Positions 1-10,900 of a stretch of 64,000 nucleotides of DNA are shown one piece after another. A model generated the notes under the pieces. That model searched no databases. It was given only the letters and a program-made list of their open reading frames with translations, and had not been told where the DNA came from. This DNA comes from Carpediemonas membranifera BICM (Eukaryota > Protista > Fornicata). Numbering within the stretch: the stretch's first letter is position 1; each line of letters opens with the position of its first letter. Position numbers and translations under genes: made by a program. The stretch is from positions 698,735-762,734 of the forward strand of contig JAHDYR010000038.1 in the NCBI GenBank assembly GCA_019828565.1. Direction: 5' to 3'.

Positions 1-47
1 ATGTGGCCTCGAATCACGCGATATGTCACATTTACCTCTCAGTATAA

Positions 48-1694
48 TCAGTGCTCGCCGGCGAGCATGTCGGCGAGGTCGCCCTTGGCGTCCTTGTTGT
101 TCGTGGGCTTCAGGGCGAACTTGTCGGCCAGCACGGCGAGGGCGTCGGGGGTCAGGAAGCGGGGCAGCGAGGGGCCGAGGCGGATGTTGCGGATGCCCAG
201 GTGGAGCAGCGTCAGCAGCACGGCGACGGCCTTCTGCTCGAACCAGCTCACGCACAGCGAGAGCGGCAGGTCATTGACGGCGAGCCCGGTGGCCTCGGAA
301 AGGGCGACCGCGATCTTGATGGCGCTGAAGACGTCGTTGCACTGGCCGACGTCGAGCAGGCGCGGGATGCCCTCGATGTCGCCGTAGTCCTTGACCCGGT
401 TGATGCGGAAGCGACCGCAGGCGCCGGTCAGGATCAGGCAGTCGTCGGGGATGGCCTCGGCGAGGTCCGAGAAGTAGTTGCGGCCGGGCGTGCTGCCGTC
501 GCAGCCGCCGATGAAGAAGATGTGGCGCAGCTTGCCCGCGCCGATTAGCTCAAGGACCTTGCCCGCGTGGCTCAGCACCTCGGCGTGCATCGCGCCGACG
601 AGCAGGGGCGACTCGGCGTTGGCGGCCTCGACTTCGGCCTTGGTGTAGCCGGGCGCCTTGAGCGCGGCCGCGATGACGGGCTTGAACTCGCCGTTCGTGA
701 CGTGGGTCAGGCCCGGGAAGCCGACGCGGCCGGTCGTGAACACGCGGTGCTTGTAGTCCTCGCGCGGGGGCATGATGCAGTTCGTCGTGAAGAGCACGGG
801 GCCGGGGAAGAGCGGGAACTCCTTGCGCTGGTTGCGCCACGACGTGCCGTAGTTGCCGACGAGGCACTTGTACTTGCGCAGGGCGGGGTAGGCGTGGGCG
901 GGGATCATCTCGCCGTGGGTGAATACGTTCACGCCGCGCGCCTCGCACTGCTCGAGCAGCTTGTGGAGGTCGTCCATGTCGTGGCCCGTGATGAGGATGC
1001 ACTTGCCCTCGACGGGCCGGGTGTTGACGGGCGCGAAGCTGGGCTGGCCGAGCGCCGCGTTGTGCGCCTTGTCGAGCGCGGCCATGATGCCGAAGTTGGC
1101 CTCGCCGACCTTGAGCGTGAGGCCGAGGAGCGCGTCGACGGAGAGGTCGTCCTTGTTGAGCTCGGCCATCGCCTCGACGTTCATCCACGTCTCCTTGCGC
1201 ACGGGGTCGAGGCCCTCGAGCACGAAGACGTGGTCCGCGTAGGCGGCGGCGCCGCGGATGCCGTAGACAACGGTCTCGCGGAGGCCGGCGACGGTCTCGC
1301 CGAACTTGTGGATGCGGTGGGCGAGCCCGTAGTCCTTGAGGGTCGCGACGGCCTCAGCGGCGGACTTGTTGACGCCGTTGACGCCGAGGGCGGTCAGCTC
1401 GGCGGTGAGGTCCTCGGCGTAGCGCATGAGGGCGTCGTCGTCGAAGTTGACGTTGGTGAGCGTCGTGAACATCGCGCGGTTGAACAGAACGAGCTGTTCG
1501 TCGGTGACATTGGCGCGGTCCTGCACGGCTGCGTCCGCGAGCTGCATGCAGAGCCACGTGATGTGGTCCTGGATGGCGGTTGTTTCGGGGCTCTTGCTGC
1601 AGACGCCCTTGAACGTGTTGCAGCCGGGGCCGCGCGCTTGCTCGCACTGGTAGCAAGCGGATGCGTTGTTGTCGAGAAGCTTTTCGATCTCCAT
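48..1694 (-). CDS. hcp: Hybrid cluster protein (hydroxylamine/NO reductase, prismane), bacterial type
   Basis: N-terminal CYQCEQ-x5-C-x6-C cubane motif; ILITGHD, FTHGEMIPAHAYP, FTTNC, GGCDG, LLDVGQCND and SWFEQKAV motifs; 548 aa; very high GC3. Confidence 0.96.
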   Translation of the reverse strand: MEIEKLLDNNASACYQCEQARGPGCNTFKGVCSKSPETTAIQDHITWLCMQLADAAVQDRANVTDEQLVLFNRAMFTTLTNVNFDDDALMRYAEDLTAELTALGVNGVNKSAAEAVATLKDYGLAHRIHKFGETVAGLRETVVYGIRGAAAYADHVFVLEGLDPVRKETWMNVEAMAELNKDDLSVDALLGLTLKVGEANFGIMAALDKAHNAALGQPSFAPVNTRPVEGKCILITGHDMDDLHKLLEQCEARGVNVFTHGEMIPAHAYPALRKYKCLVGNYGTSWRNQRKEFPLFPGPVLFTTNCIMPPREDYKHRVFTTGRVGFPGLTHVTNGEFKPVIAAALKAPGYTKAEVEAANAESPLLVGAMHAEVLSHAGKVLELIGAGKLRHIFFIGGCDGSTPGRNYFSDLAEAIPDDCLILTGACGRFRINRVKDYGDIEGIPRLLDVGQCNDVFSAIKIAVALSEATGLAVNDLPLSLCVSWFEQKAVAVLLTLLHLGIRNIRLGPSLPRFLTPDALAVLADKFALKPTNNKDAKGDLADMLAGEH

Positions 1695-2176
1695 GAACTT
1701 TTTGTCTTCGTTCTACTGAGGGCAGTAGCAGATACGGCGACTTCGGGAGATTCAATCAGATCGGTTGTGGACCCTAATGCGCATCGGGTCGGCTACGGGT
1801 CAGGGGAGGCCAGCCGATCGCTCCAGAAGGTGCCCCAGAGGTCTGCTGGTGGCAACCGACCGCTCCTGTATGTGCCATCGCCATCGGCTGTCACCTCGCG
1901 TTGCCGCGACCCGCTTGCCCAGGCATGCCACAGAGCTTACTGACCGGCTCCAACGCCCGGAATGTGGGGCCACGAGCCCGTCAACGGTAGTCCGGAATGC
2001 CGGACGGCGTGGCGATGTCTTGTGGACTGCAGAGATGGGTCGGATCGGGGCAGCCGTCCAACGCGCTAGAAGGGCCACGATGGGTCGTCTTGCTGTGGTG
2101 GCAGCACTGTCACTCTCGGCTCGCGTCGGCGGTCGACGACTCGGCGACTGTGGCCACAAGAGGAGCGCCAGCTTGG

Positions 2177-3730
2177 ATGGGCAAAGCAGTGCCACAACAC
2201 GATTCCGTGGCATTGGGCGTTGAACAAGCGCTGAAATCCGCGTTCTGCGTTTCGACTGTCGCAACGTCCTCCATCCCCGGGGACATCCCCTCTCTGCTCC
2301 GCCACGCCTACTCCAGGCACTTCAACAAGGTCCTGCCGGTAGAGCTCGATGCAGAGATCACCAATGCATCAACAAGCAGCGCAGAGCTCGAATCCCTGCA
2401 AAATATGCTCTCGAGAAATCTATCTCTGAAACCAACCGCGCAAGTCTTCCTCGACCGCGCCCGCTCGTTCCTCGCAGACGGCCCCCCGCTCTCCATGAAC
2501 GTCGAGCTCGCGGAGGGGCAGGAGCTCCCGGTCGCCCTGCACACCCTGCTCCAGGGCACGCTGTGGGCCGTGATGATGGCGAGTGGAGCCAACCCCGACC
2601 TCGAGGACAGGGTGTTGGAGAAGGCCGTTGAAGAATATCCATACGACTGCGACATACACGACAAGATTCGCCAGAGACTCACCCCCGAGGCCAAGAGCCT
2701 CTGGTTCCTCTGCCGCAAGTTCTTCTTCACGCTGAACGTCGCCGAGAGGAATGGCCTAGACAAGTCATATTCACTTGGAAACACAACCCACCGCCATTTA
2801 CGGTATCAAGGCCGGCTGTTTACTAGCGAAACGTCCAACAGGAAGGGCCGACTTGTGCCTGCCATTCACGAAGAGCAGTTCGTCTGGATCCGCGTGCCCC
2901 CGTGTCTTACAATGCACACAGTGGCCGGTGAGGCCAACATGGCACTCACCCCGCGAGGCATTTATGTCTGGGGCGACAAGGATTACGCTTGCGTGCTCGG
3001 CGTCGGGAACGAAGAAGGCAAGGACGAGGAAGAGCATGAGCATGTGGATTCATACTCATTATCGGAGCTCTTTGATGAAGGCGAGGGGTGCTCCGACACC
3101 GACTCTGACGAGAGTTATGTCTGGGACGCGACAACCACGCTCATCAGCCCGACCCGCCTCACCTTCCCAGAGTGCCACGATGTCGCCGAGTACGAGGCCA
3201 GCCTGCCCCCATGGCACAAGGACAGACTGGCGATCAAGCTGACCATGGGCTTCGCCCGCACGTTCATACAAACTCCCCTGGGCCTGCTCATCGCCGGAAG
3301 CGACGCTGATAAGTTCAATGGCGGGTTGAGTGGCGCTCAGTTCCGGCACGTTCCCCTGCCAGAGGGGTTTGTACCTGACCATATTCACGCCTCCTCGCCC
3401 CTAGCTCTGCTTACGATGGGCGATCGGCAGCTGATCGGCGGAAGTAATCACTGCGGCCCGCTTGGTATCGGGACCACAGAAGATACGGTTAGATTCACTG
3501 AGATTCAGTTTAAGGTAGATTCTGTGATTTATAGTTCGCTTCGATTCACTCTGTTCTGGAGTGGAAACCGGATCCTGTTCGCTGGAGAGGTGCAGCGTGG
3601 GCTTCTGGATTATCTCCCCGGCTTGAATAGCAGCGACCTCTGCACCACGGCGACGCCGCTTAGTGTAGTCGATGGCACCGAACACCTGATAGCAGCATCG
3701 TTTTCCTTCGACGAATACAACAGAGGCTAG
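2177..3730 (+). CDS. Lineage-expanded family protein with degenerate RCC1/BLIP-II-like repeats (paralog of 12746..14464)
   Basis: Shares FLDRARS.L.DGPPLSMNVEL.EG.ELPVALHTL.QGTLWA...GANPDLEDRVLE and LWFLCRKFFFT with the 12.7 kb ORF; RCC1-like 'TPRGIYVWG' and 'GSNHCGPLGIG'; start codon uncertain (ORF open from 1997). Confidence 0.6.
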   Translation: MGKAVPQHDSVALGVEQALKSAFCVSTVATSSIPGDIPSLLRHAYSRHFNKVLPVELDAEITNASTSSAELESLQNMLSRNLSLKPTAQVFLDRARSFLADGPPLSMNVELAEGQELPVALHTLLQGTLWAVMMASGANPDLEDRVLEKAVEEYPYDCDIHDKIRQRLTPEAKSLWFLCRKFFFTLNVAERNGLDKSYSLGNTTHRHLRYQGRLFTSETSNRKGRLVPAIHEEQFVWIRVPPCLTMHTVAGEANMALTPRGIYVWGDKDYACVLGVGNEEGKDEEEHEHVDSYSLSELFDEGEGCSDTDSDESYVWDATTTLISPTRLTFPECHDVAEYEASLPPWHKDRLAIKLTMGFARTFIQTPLGLLIAGSDADKFNGGLSGAQFRHVPLPEGFVPDHIHASSPLALLTMGDRQLIGGSNHCGPLGIGTTEDTVRFTEIQFKVDSVIYSSLRFTLFWSGNRILFAGEVQRGLLDYLPGLNSSDLCTTATPLSVVDGTEHLIAASFSFDEYNRG

Positions 3731-4200
3731 ACGAGCGCTGCTTCTCAGGGACACCAGTCGACCCGATCTCCGGGCCCTGGGCAGGGGGGTCCAAGGTTTT
3801 ATCCCCGCTATATCCTCGACGTCTGGCGCACCCTGCACTCGCTTGAGGCTGCACGGGGTGACGAGCGGGAGAGAATCTGTGACGACCAGACCGTGAGGGT
3901 CGACAACCTGACCTCACCATACTTAAGCTGCTCGCCAACTCAACAACATCATGTTGGCACATCCCTTCTCGTGCTGTCGGCTAAACCTTACTCAGAGCCA
4001 TCGCTATGTAACAAACGGGCGAGCGACGTGATGCGAGACCACAGCCAAATGGACCCCATGGTGGGCTCGCCTGGACATGCGGCACTGGTAGGACGGTAAA
4101 TGGTTTGATGGTTTGATGGGCTGCTGGAATGTGGAGTGTCGCCCGCCACTGGGACCAGAGCAACAGCTGACACTGAATTTACGTCCAATCGAGCGCCCAG

Positions 4201-4941
4201 CTATTGCTGCTCGGGCCATGCCATACCAGGGAACTTAGCCCTGAGCTTCTTCATGCATATCCCGTTGCCATGACTCGGGTGCAGGATAGCCGCCCCCTCC
4301 TTGGCGAACGTCACCCAGTTCTCCCGCAACACAGCCTCGTCGTCTCCAAACAACGGCTTGAGTGGTGCGAAGGGCAGGTTAAAGCTGACGTCGCCCGTGA
4401 TGACGTGGTCCTCAACCATGAGCGACAGCCCTCCGCTCGTGTGGCCCGGCGTGTGCAGGATCTTGACGGGATACCCCATCGCCCGCAGCTGGTCAGCATC
4501 ACCGGACCAGGCCTGGATCTGTGGAATTGGGGGGATGCCCATCATCTTCTTGCCCATCCACGTGTCCTTCAGCGCGTTGAACATGGCCGCCTGCACTGCA
4601 GTGATTGCGGTGAGGCTGCGTGGGAACTCGAGGACGCCGTCGCGGATGAAGGGGACCTCGTCGCTGTGGGCAATGACGAGGGGTTTCACGCCAGCCTCTT
4701 CGAACTTGGCAAGGAGCTTCGCGGTGCCTTGAACATGGTCAGAGTGCCGATGAGTGAGGAAAATAACCTCAATCTGGTCGTATGAGACGCCTGAATCCTT
4801 CAGGAACTTCAGAACCTTCTTGTGGTCGCTGGCAAGGCCAACGTCGACGAGGATATAGCGAGAACGCTCCTCATTCGCAACAAGGAACACATTGGTGCCA
4901 CCAATAGACTTCTTTTCGAAAGGAATTGCAACCTTTGCCAT
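4201..4941 (-). CDS. Metallo-beta-lactamase-fold hydrolase (glyoxalase II-like, bacterial type)
   Basis: LVDVG, THRHSDH (HxHxDH), HTPGHT, TGD and PSHG motifs. Confidence 0.9.
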   Translation of the reverse strand: MAKVAIPFEKKSIGGTNVFLVANEERSRYILVDVGLASDHKKVLKFLKDSGVSYDQIEVIFLTHRHSDHVQGTAKLLAKFEEAGVKPLVIAHSDEVPFIRDGVLEFPRSLTAITAVQAAMFNALKDTWMGKKMMGIPPIPQIQAWSGDADQLRAMGYPVKILHTPGHTSGGLSLMVEDHVITGDVSFNLPFAPLKPLFGDDEAVLRENWVTFAKEGAAILHPSHGNGICMKKLRAKFPGMAWPEQQ

Positions 4942-5153
4942 CGAAATGTCAGGATGATTTGTGGATCTTCGGATGTCCTGGGATTCGAATTTCGGATCAC
5001 AGCCCGAATCAAATTCAAGAATGATTCAAGAATGATTCACAGCCAAACTCATGCTGTGACCAAACCTTTACGGAAGATTTGGCAACCAAGGCTTAGCATG
5101 GCTGAAAGGTCCGATGCAAAGCTTCAAAAGCCACGATGAGGCTGAGCTACCCA

Positions 5154-6611
5154 TCAAGCCAGCCTCTGGTACGGCTCCGCCTCCACAGCCCGCCTCCTGT
5201 TCAAATGCCACTCGAGTCCGACCAGGAAAGCACTGGCGGTAGATACGTAAAAGAAGCTGGCGTAGTTTGCCACGGCGAATGAAGTGATGGTAAAGTCTGC
5301 CCGGTCTGCCCCGCTGTACAGTGACTGGGCATACAGCACGCTAGGGACCACTACGGTGATCTGGGCGATGACGCTGCAGGCCAGGGTAAGGGTGGTATGG
5401 CCGGACCCGATGAAGAGCTGGCCCAGGACGTCCGAGGCCACATAGAAGACGTAGGACAGTGCCAATCTCTGCCAGTAGACCCAGGCAGTTGAGGCGGCGG
5501 GAGAGGAGCCGATGGCGTCGAGAGCTGAGGGGACGAACCATGGAGCGGCCACTTCGATCAGCAGGTCATAAGTAGCGGTGCAAGACACGGCCACAAGCAC
5601 GAGAACCACTGCACGACGCTTATAAGAAGTCCAGAAGTGGGAGACCCACACGGATGTCGCAGTGGCAAACCCGAGCACAGGATCGAGTAGCGCCCAGCGG
5701 ATCGTGTTGAAGAGGGAGTAGGCCACGGTGGTCACCTTGCCCGCCCCGTTGATGAACCGCATCTGTGCAAGATACAGTAGATTGCGGAGGGCAGATTCGG
5801 CGGCGCTGGGGAGGGACGGGATGAGGAGGAGGTAGAGCGAGCGGAGGGTCGTGCGCCAGTCAGTGACTAGGCTGATTGGATCTGAAAGAGATCGTGAGAT
5901 CATCAAAGATATGAGAACGGCGCAGCAGACCAGGAGGTCTGAGACCGCGCTGATTGCTCCAAAGGAGAGGACTATGGCGCTGTGGGACTTGACAATGCCC
6001 CAAGGTGAGATGAGCGTGACATCCAGTATGATCTGGCACACCTTGACCGCCGTTGCAATGGCCAAGACGACGTGGGAGCGGTCCAGAGCTTTCAACACAG
6101 TCGCCCCGGCCTGGGCGACTGTTCTGATCGGCAGGCTGAGTGCGATGATTCTTATAAATGCCGCTGTGACTGTCCTAGTCGACCCGTCCGTCCCCATTGT
6201 GTCGGAGAACCACAGAGGGACTGCGAGGAGGGCGAGAAAGAGAGGTAGCACGAGAATGAACTGGGCGACGAGGAGCAGGGTCACTGTGCGTGGTATGAGC
6301 GGGTGTGACTCCTCTCTGGGCAGGACTTTGGCCTTTCCGAGAACGGAGATGGCGCCAACAGGGAGGAATGCGTTGAAGACTTCGACCACGATCATGAGGT
6401 ATCTATAGGCCTCCCCAGTCTGTACACCATGCGCGTTTGTAAGGAATAGCTTAGTAAGTATGTCATATGCTGATGGAATAGCTTGTACACCGGTCAGCGA
6501 GAAGCCGCTGACGAGATACTGAAAGATAGAGGACTTATAGACAGTTTTGAGAGTGGGAATGACGCCTTTCCGCCTTAAAACTTCAACCGATTCATCGAAA
6601 TCGTCATTCAT
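5154..6611 (-). CDS. MATE-family (MOP superfamily) efflux transporter
   Basis: 485 aa with about 12 hydrophobic segments in two repeats; 'PSAAESALRNLLYL' and 'AYSLFNTIRWALL.P' resemble MATE_like family signatures. Confidence 0.7.
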   Translation of the reverse strand: MNDDFDESVEVLRRKGVIPTLKTVYKSSIFQYLVSGFSLTGVQAIPSAYDILTKLFLTNAHGVQTGEAYRYLMIVVEVFNAFLPVGAISVLGKAKVLPREESHPLIPRTVTLLLVAQFILVLPLFLALLAVPLWFSDTMGTDGSTRTVTAAFIRIIALSLPIRTVAQAGATVLKALDRSHVVLAIATAVKVCQIILDVTLISPWGIVKSHSAIVLSFGAISAVSDLLVCCAVLISLMISRSLSDPISLVTDWRTTLRSLYLLLIPSLPSAAESALRNLLYLAQMRFINGAGKVTTVAYSLFNTIRWALLDPVLGFATATSVWVSHFWTSYKRRAVVLVLVAVSCTATYDLLIEVAAPWFVPSALDAIGSSPAASTAWVYWQRLALSYVFYVASDVLGQLFIGSGHTTLTLACSVIAQITVVVPSVLYAQSLYSGADRADFTITSFAVANYASFFYVSTASAFLVGLEWHLNRRRAVEAEPYQRLA

Positions 6612-6728
6612 TGCACAAGCAGTACAACTTGTTCACAAATCTACACGACGGAACTAAAAGTGCACCATCATCACTTTACCATCACTTGCCGTATGCCGTA
6701 TCCCTTGTCCTCTAGACCCTGCTAGACA

Positions 6729-7496
6729 TCACACATGTCCCAACCAGTCGCCGTCGTCCGGCTCCAACAGCCACCGGGCCAGACCGACAACGACCCACAC
6801 GAGCAGCTTCAGCAGCTTCACATCCCACCGCCAGGCCGGTGTCCTGCGGGGTCGGGTCGAACCGGTCTGCCCGCCGCCTCTGTCCTCAGCGACAGCAGTA
6901 CCCCTGTCCCGCGGTGGTGAGTCCTCAACACGCTCGAAAGTCACCTCAAGAGACACATCATTTGATGAGTATGACTCGATTGACTCGAAGGTGATCTCGT
7001 TTGAATCATCAGGAGAGTCCTCGTCGAACGAAAAGGCCCCGACTGGGACAAGGAACAGTGTGTCCTCCCTGCTCCCCTCCTCCCCCGCCCCACTGCGCGG
7101 AGAACACACAACCGAGGACTCACGGGAAGGCGTGACCGACGAGAGGTCGACGTCGAACTCCATGGAATGGGCTCGAGTCACGTCATACTTGAACGAGGAG
7201 ATCTTGACCCCATAGCCATTCATGAAGCTTCCGACGGAGTCAACGTCTGTGGCACTGGCCGATGCGACGGAATTACGCGCTTGGCTTGAGACGAGTGCGG
7301 CATCTTGTAGCCGAGCGAGAAGATCGCCGCCGGCGGCTGTGTCTTGGGCAAGTAAGAGAAGGAATTTCACTTCGCGTTTCTTCAGTTGCAGTATTCCGGC
7401 AATGTCACTAACATCATGGCCTTTCCTGAAGAGCATCAGCACGATTTCGGTTCTTCCGACATTTTGGAGGTATTTCTCGATCTTCTTCCATCGCAT
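6729..7496 (-). CDS. Hypothetical protein: N-terminal HTH-like segment, acidic/Ser-rich middle, C-terminal hydrophobic anchor
   Basis: 'LFRKGHDVSDIAGILQLKKREVKFLL' HTH pattern; C-terminal LLKLLVWVVVGLARWLL. Confidence 0.5.
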   Translation of the reverse strand: MRWKKIEKYLQNVGRTEIVLMLFRKGHDVSDIAGILQLKKREVKFLLLLAQDTAAGGDLLARLQDAALVSSQARNSVASASATDVDSVGSFMNGYGVKISSFKYDVTRAHSMEFDVDLSSVTPSRESSVVCSPRSGAGEEGSREDTLFLVPVGAFSFDEDSPDDSNEITFESIESYSSNDVSLEVTFERVEDSPPRDRGTAVAEDRGGGQTGSTRPRRTPAWRWDVKLLKLLVWVVVGLARWLLEPDDGDWLGHV

Positions 7497-7924
7497 TCGG
7501 GCTTTTATGTCTCTGCCGTTCTCTGATTTCTTCTACACCTTTCGCGGCATGTCAAGACATCCTCGGAAATTGGTGAAATTGGTGTAACAAGCGTGTCAGC
7601 AAAACATCAACAACGGTCAAACAATCCACTCACTCGAGCATCAGGTGCTGATGTGTTCTTATGGTACGTGGCGTGTTTGCCTGGCTTGTCGCTCGGCAGC
7701 TCGAGTACTGGGCGAATTGACAAACACCAGGCCATGCAAAGGAGTTGGCTTGTGTTAATTTCTCAACAAAATGGGCTGATGTGACTCTGCGATGTTGAAG
7801 AGGGCAACCAAAAGGGCGATTCAATCCATAATAAAACGAGATCTGGCGAGATTCAATTTTTTTAAATTCGTGGTCCTCTGCGTGGCACGACTGAAGCTTG
7901 ATATCCCAGGAATTGGACAAGGAT

Positions 7925-10900
7925 ATGCAGCTTCCTTTCCTTTTCGTCCTTCTGCTTCTCTTTTCCGCTCGAGTTCACTCTCTTTCACCGCAGCGTTCAT
8001 CCGAACTCGACGCTTCTCACTCTGGCGCACACTTCGGCAGCGCTATAGCATATTCAAACGACTTAGCAGCAATTGGTTCTCCGAATTACACTGATTCTGA
8101 GAGCAACAGTGGTCTAGTAACCATCCTCGTCCCCTCGGGCCCGGATTGGACTGAGACGACGGCATTGGCCCCTTCCCCACCCACGGCGGAGGAGTACTTC
8201 GGCCACGAGGTGGCAATGATCGACTCGGACCTCATCGTGGGTGCACCTGGTTACTCGTCGTCTGCAGGCGCGGCATACCTGTACTCTATCACCATGGGTG
8301 CATTCACCCTGTCCAACGTCCTCGCAGACGGAACTGCAGGCGACAGATGCGGATCATCGGTCGCCTTAGACGGCACACGCGTGGTAGTCGGGTGCCCTGG
8401 CGCTTCCTCTGACACGGGCGCGGTCCTGCTCTACAGGGAGTCCAACGGCGGCTTCCAGTCGGTCATCCCCTCCCCCACCGCCACTGCGGGCGATCTATTC
8501 GGCTCCTCTCTCGCCATATGCACAACGCTCCTCTTTGTAGGCGCTCCTGGCGCCAACGCTGGCGAGGGATCCGTGGTCTCATTCTCCAGGACTGGGTGGG
8601 CATTCACTGTCAGTCAGACCGTCCAGGACCTCGCAGGAGAGTTCGGGTCTGCTGTCACGTGCACCGAAGACTGGATGGCCGCTGGGGCGCCCATGCATGC
8701 CTCGGGCGTTGGTGGGATGGCGGTTTACTCCATTGTCACAACACCGTCGTCGGCACTCACCCTCGACTCCATGAAGACCCCGGCCCAGCTCACGCCCGGC
8801 GCCATGTTTGGCAGTGCCCTCTCAATCATCGACACCTATCTCGTCGCCGGCGCCCCCGGCAATGCCTCTGGTGTTGGTGGGGCCGTTTGGTTTGAATTCG
8901 ACTCAGGGTGGGTCGAACAAGACGTGCTGCCCGCTAATACTTCTGACACCACAGCTGCCGCGGGCACAGCGGTCGGCGTGGCTCCATATTCCATTATTAT
9001 GGGTGCACCCGGCGTCGACACCGTCCTCGCAGTCACGGCAGAGTGCAGCCCAGACACATTTGCATCCTCCTTGGATGTAGCCGACTGTGCGTCATGCAGC
9101 CCTACCACGCCCTACTCTACTACATACGCCATGACGTGCACGGATCAGGTCGTATGTGACCCTGGTTGGTTCACGACTGATGGGCTAACCTGCGAAGAGG
9201 CTGAGGCCGGGTACTACGTCGACCCAGACGACCAAACTCAGCAGCTGGCGTGCGATGACGGCTCGTACCAGCCGGAGACAGGCCACAGTTCCTGTGCCAG
9301 GTGCGAGGCCGGGTACTTTGTGGAAGCTGATGGCCAGCCCCACGTCGATCAAGAGAGTTGCCCGGCCGGGACGTACCAGGAGGATGAGGGCCAGGCAGCC
9401 TGCATTGACGCGGGTATCGGCTACTACGTCGCCACGGTCGGGGTGACTGCCCAGGTCGAGTGCGAGTCGGGCAAGTTCCAGAACGAGACTGGCCAGACCA
9501 GCTGCTACATCGCTGAGGCCGGCTACTACGTGGCTGACTCCGACCACAGTGAACAGAAGCCATGCGACGGCGGTAGCTACCAACCGGCGACCGGCCAGAG
9601 CACTTGCGAGACGACAGAGGCCGGCAACTACACGCCAGCCGATAGCCAGCCGCACGCCGCCCAGCTCGTGTGCGACAGCGGTAAGTTCCAGGCCAGCGAG
9701 GGACAGGCCGCCTGCGACACCGCGGACGCCGGCTACCACGTCCCGGCCGACGGCGACGCGCACACTGTCCAGGTCGTCTGCGACAACGGCCACTACCAGC
9801 CCGCCCAGGGACAGGCGTCCTGCGTCGAGTCTGACGTCGGCTACTTCGTGCCAGACGACGGCCAGCCGCACACAGCGCAGACCGCCTGTGACTCTGGCAA
9901 GTTCGCCGTCGCCGGGTCCAGCAGCTGCGCGGCATCCCAGAAGGGCTTCCGCACCTCGCCTGACGGGTCGACCCAGATCCCCTGCAACGACGGCAAGTAC
10001 CAGCCCGAGGCCGGCCAGGACGTGTGCCTCGTTGCAGAGGCCGGCTTCTTCGTCCCAGCCGACGGATTGCCCCACGAGACGCAGACGGCATGCAGTGCGG
10101 GCTATTTCTCCTCAGCGGGCTCAGAAACATGCTCTGAGGCCAACCCCGGCTACTACATCAAGCCGATCGACCAGACCCAGGAGTTCCCGTGTCACAATGG
10201 GCAGTACCAGCCCAACCCCGGCCAGGCCAGCTGCCTCGCCGCAGACCCAGATTACTACGTCCCCAACGACGGTACGGGTCATATCGCCCAGACGCCGTGC
10301 CCTGTAGGGACCCACAGTCCGAGCAAGGCGGCCCAGTGCATCGTGATGAACTGTGCCCAGGGCCAGGAGCTCATACTGGGCGTGTGCACCGACTGCGGGT
10401 CGGGTGAGTGGGCTCCGTTCGCCGGGTCGTGCAGGGAGGCGAGCGAGGGGTACTACGTGGACGACGGCGACCACAGTCAGCAGCTGCCGTGCAACGGCGG
10501 GGAGTACAGCGATGACACTGGCCTGAGCCAGTGCAAGTTAGCCCCGCCAGGGTTCTACACGCCACCCACTGGCGCCATCACGGAGCCCATCAGGTGCCCC
10601 ACCGGGTCGTACGCCGCCTCTGGTCAGTCTGCCTGCACTGTCTCGGGGGCCGGGTACTACGTCAACAACGGCGACAGGACCCATCAAATCCCGTGTAACA
10701 GCGGCAAGTACCAGCCCGATGAGGGCGAGACTCACTGCATCGGCACCCCGCCCGGCACGTTCACCGGCCCGACCGGGCCCCACGCTGCTCCCATCGACTG
10801 TGGGGCGGGCGAGTGGGCGGGGGAGGGCCAGGACCACTGCAGCACAGCAGACCCCGGCTACTACGTCCCCGACGACGATAGGTCCGCCCAGCTGGCCTGC

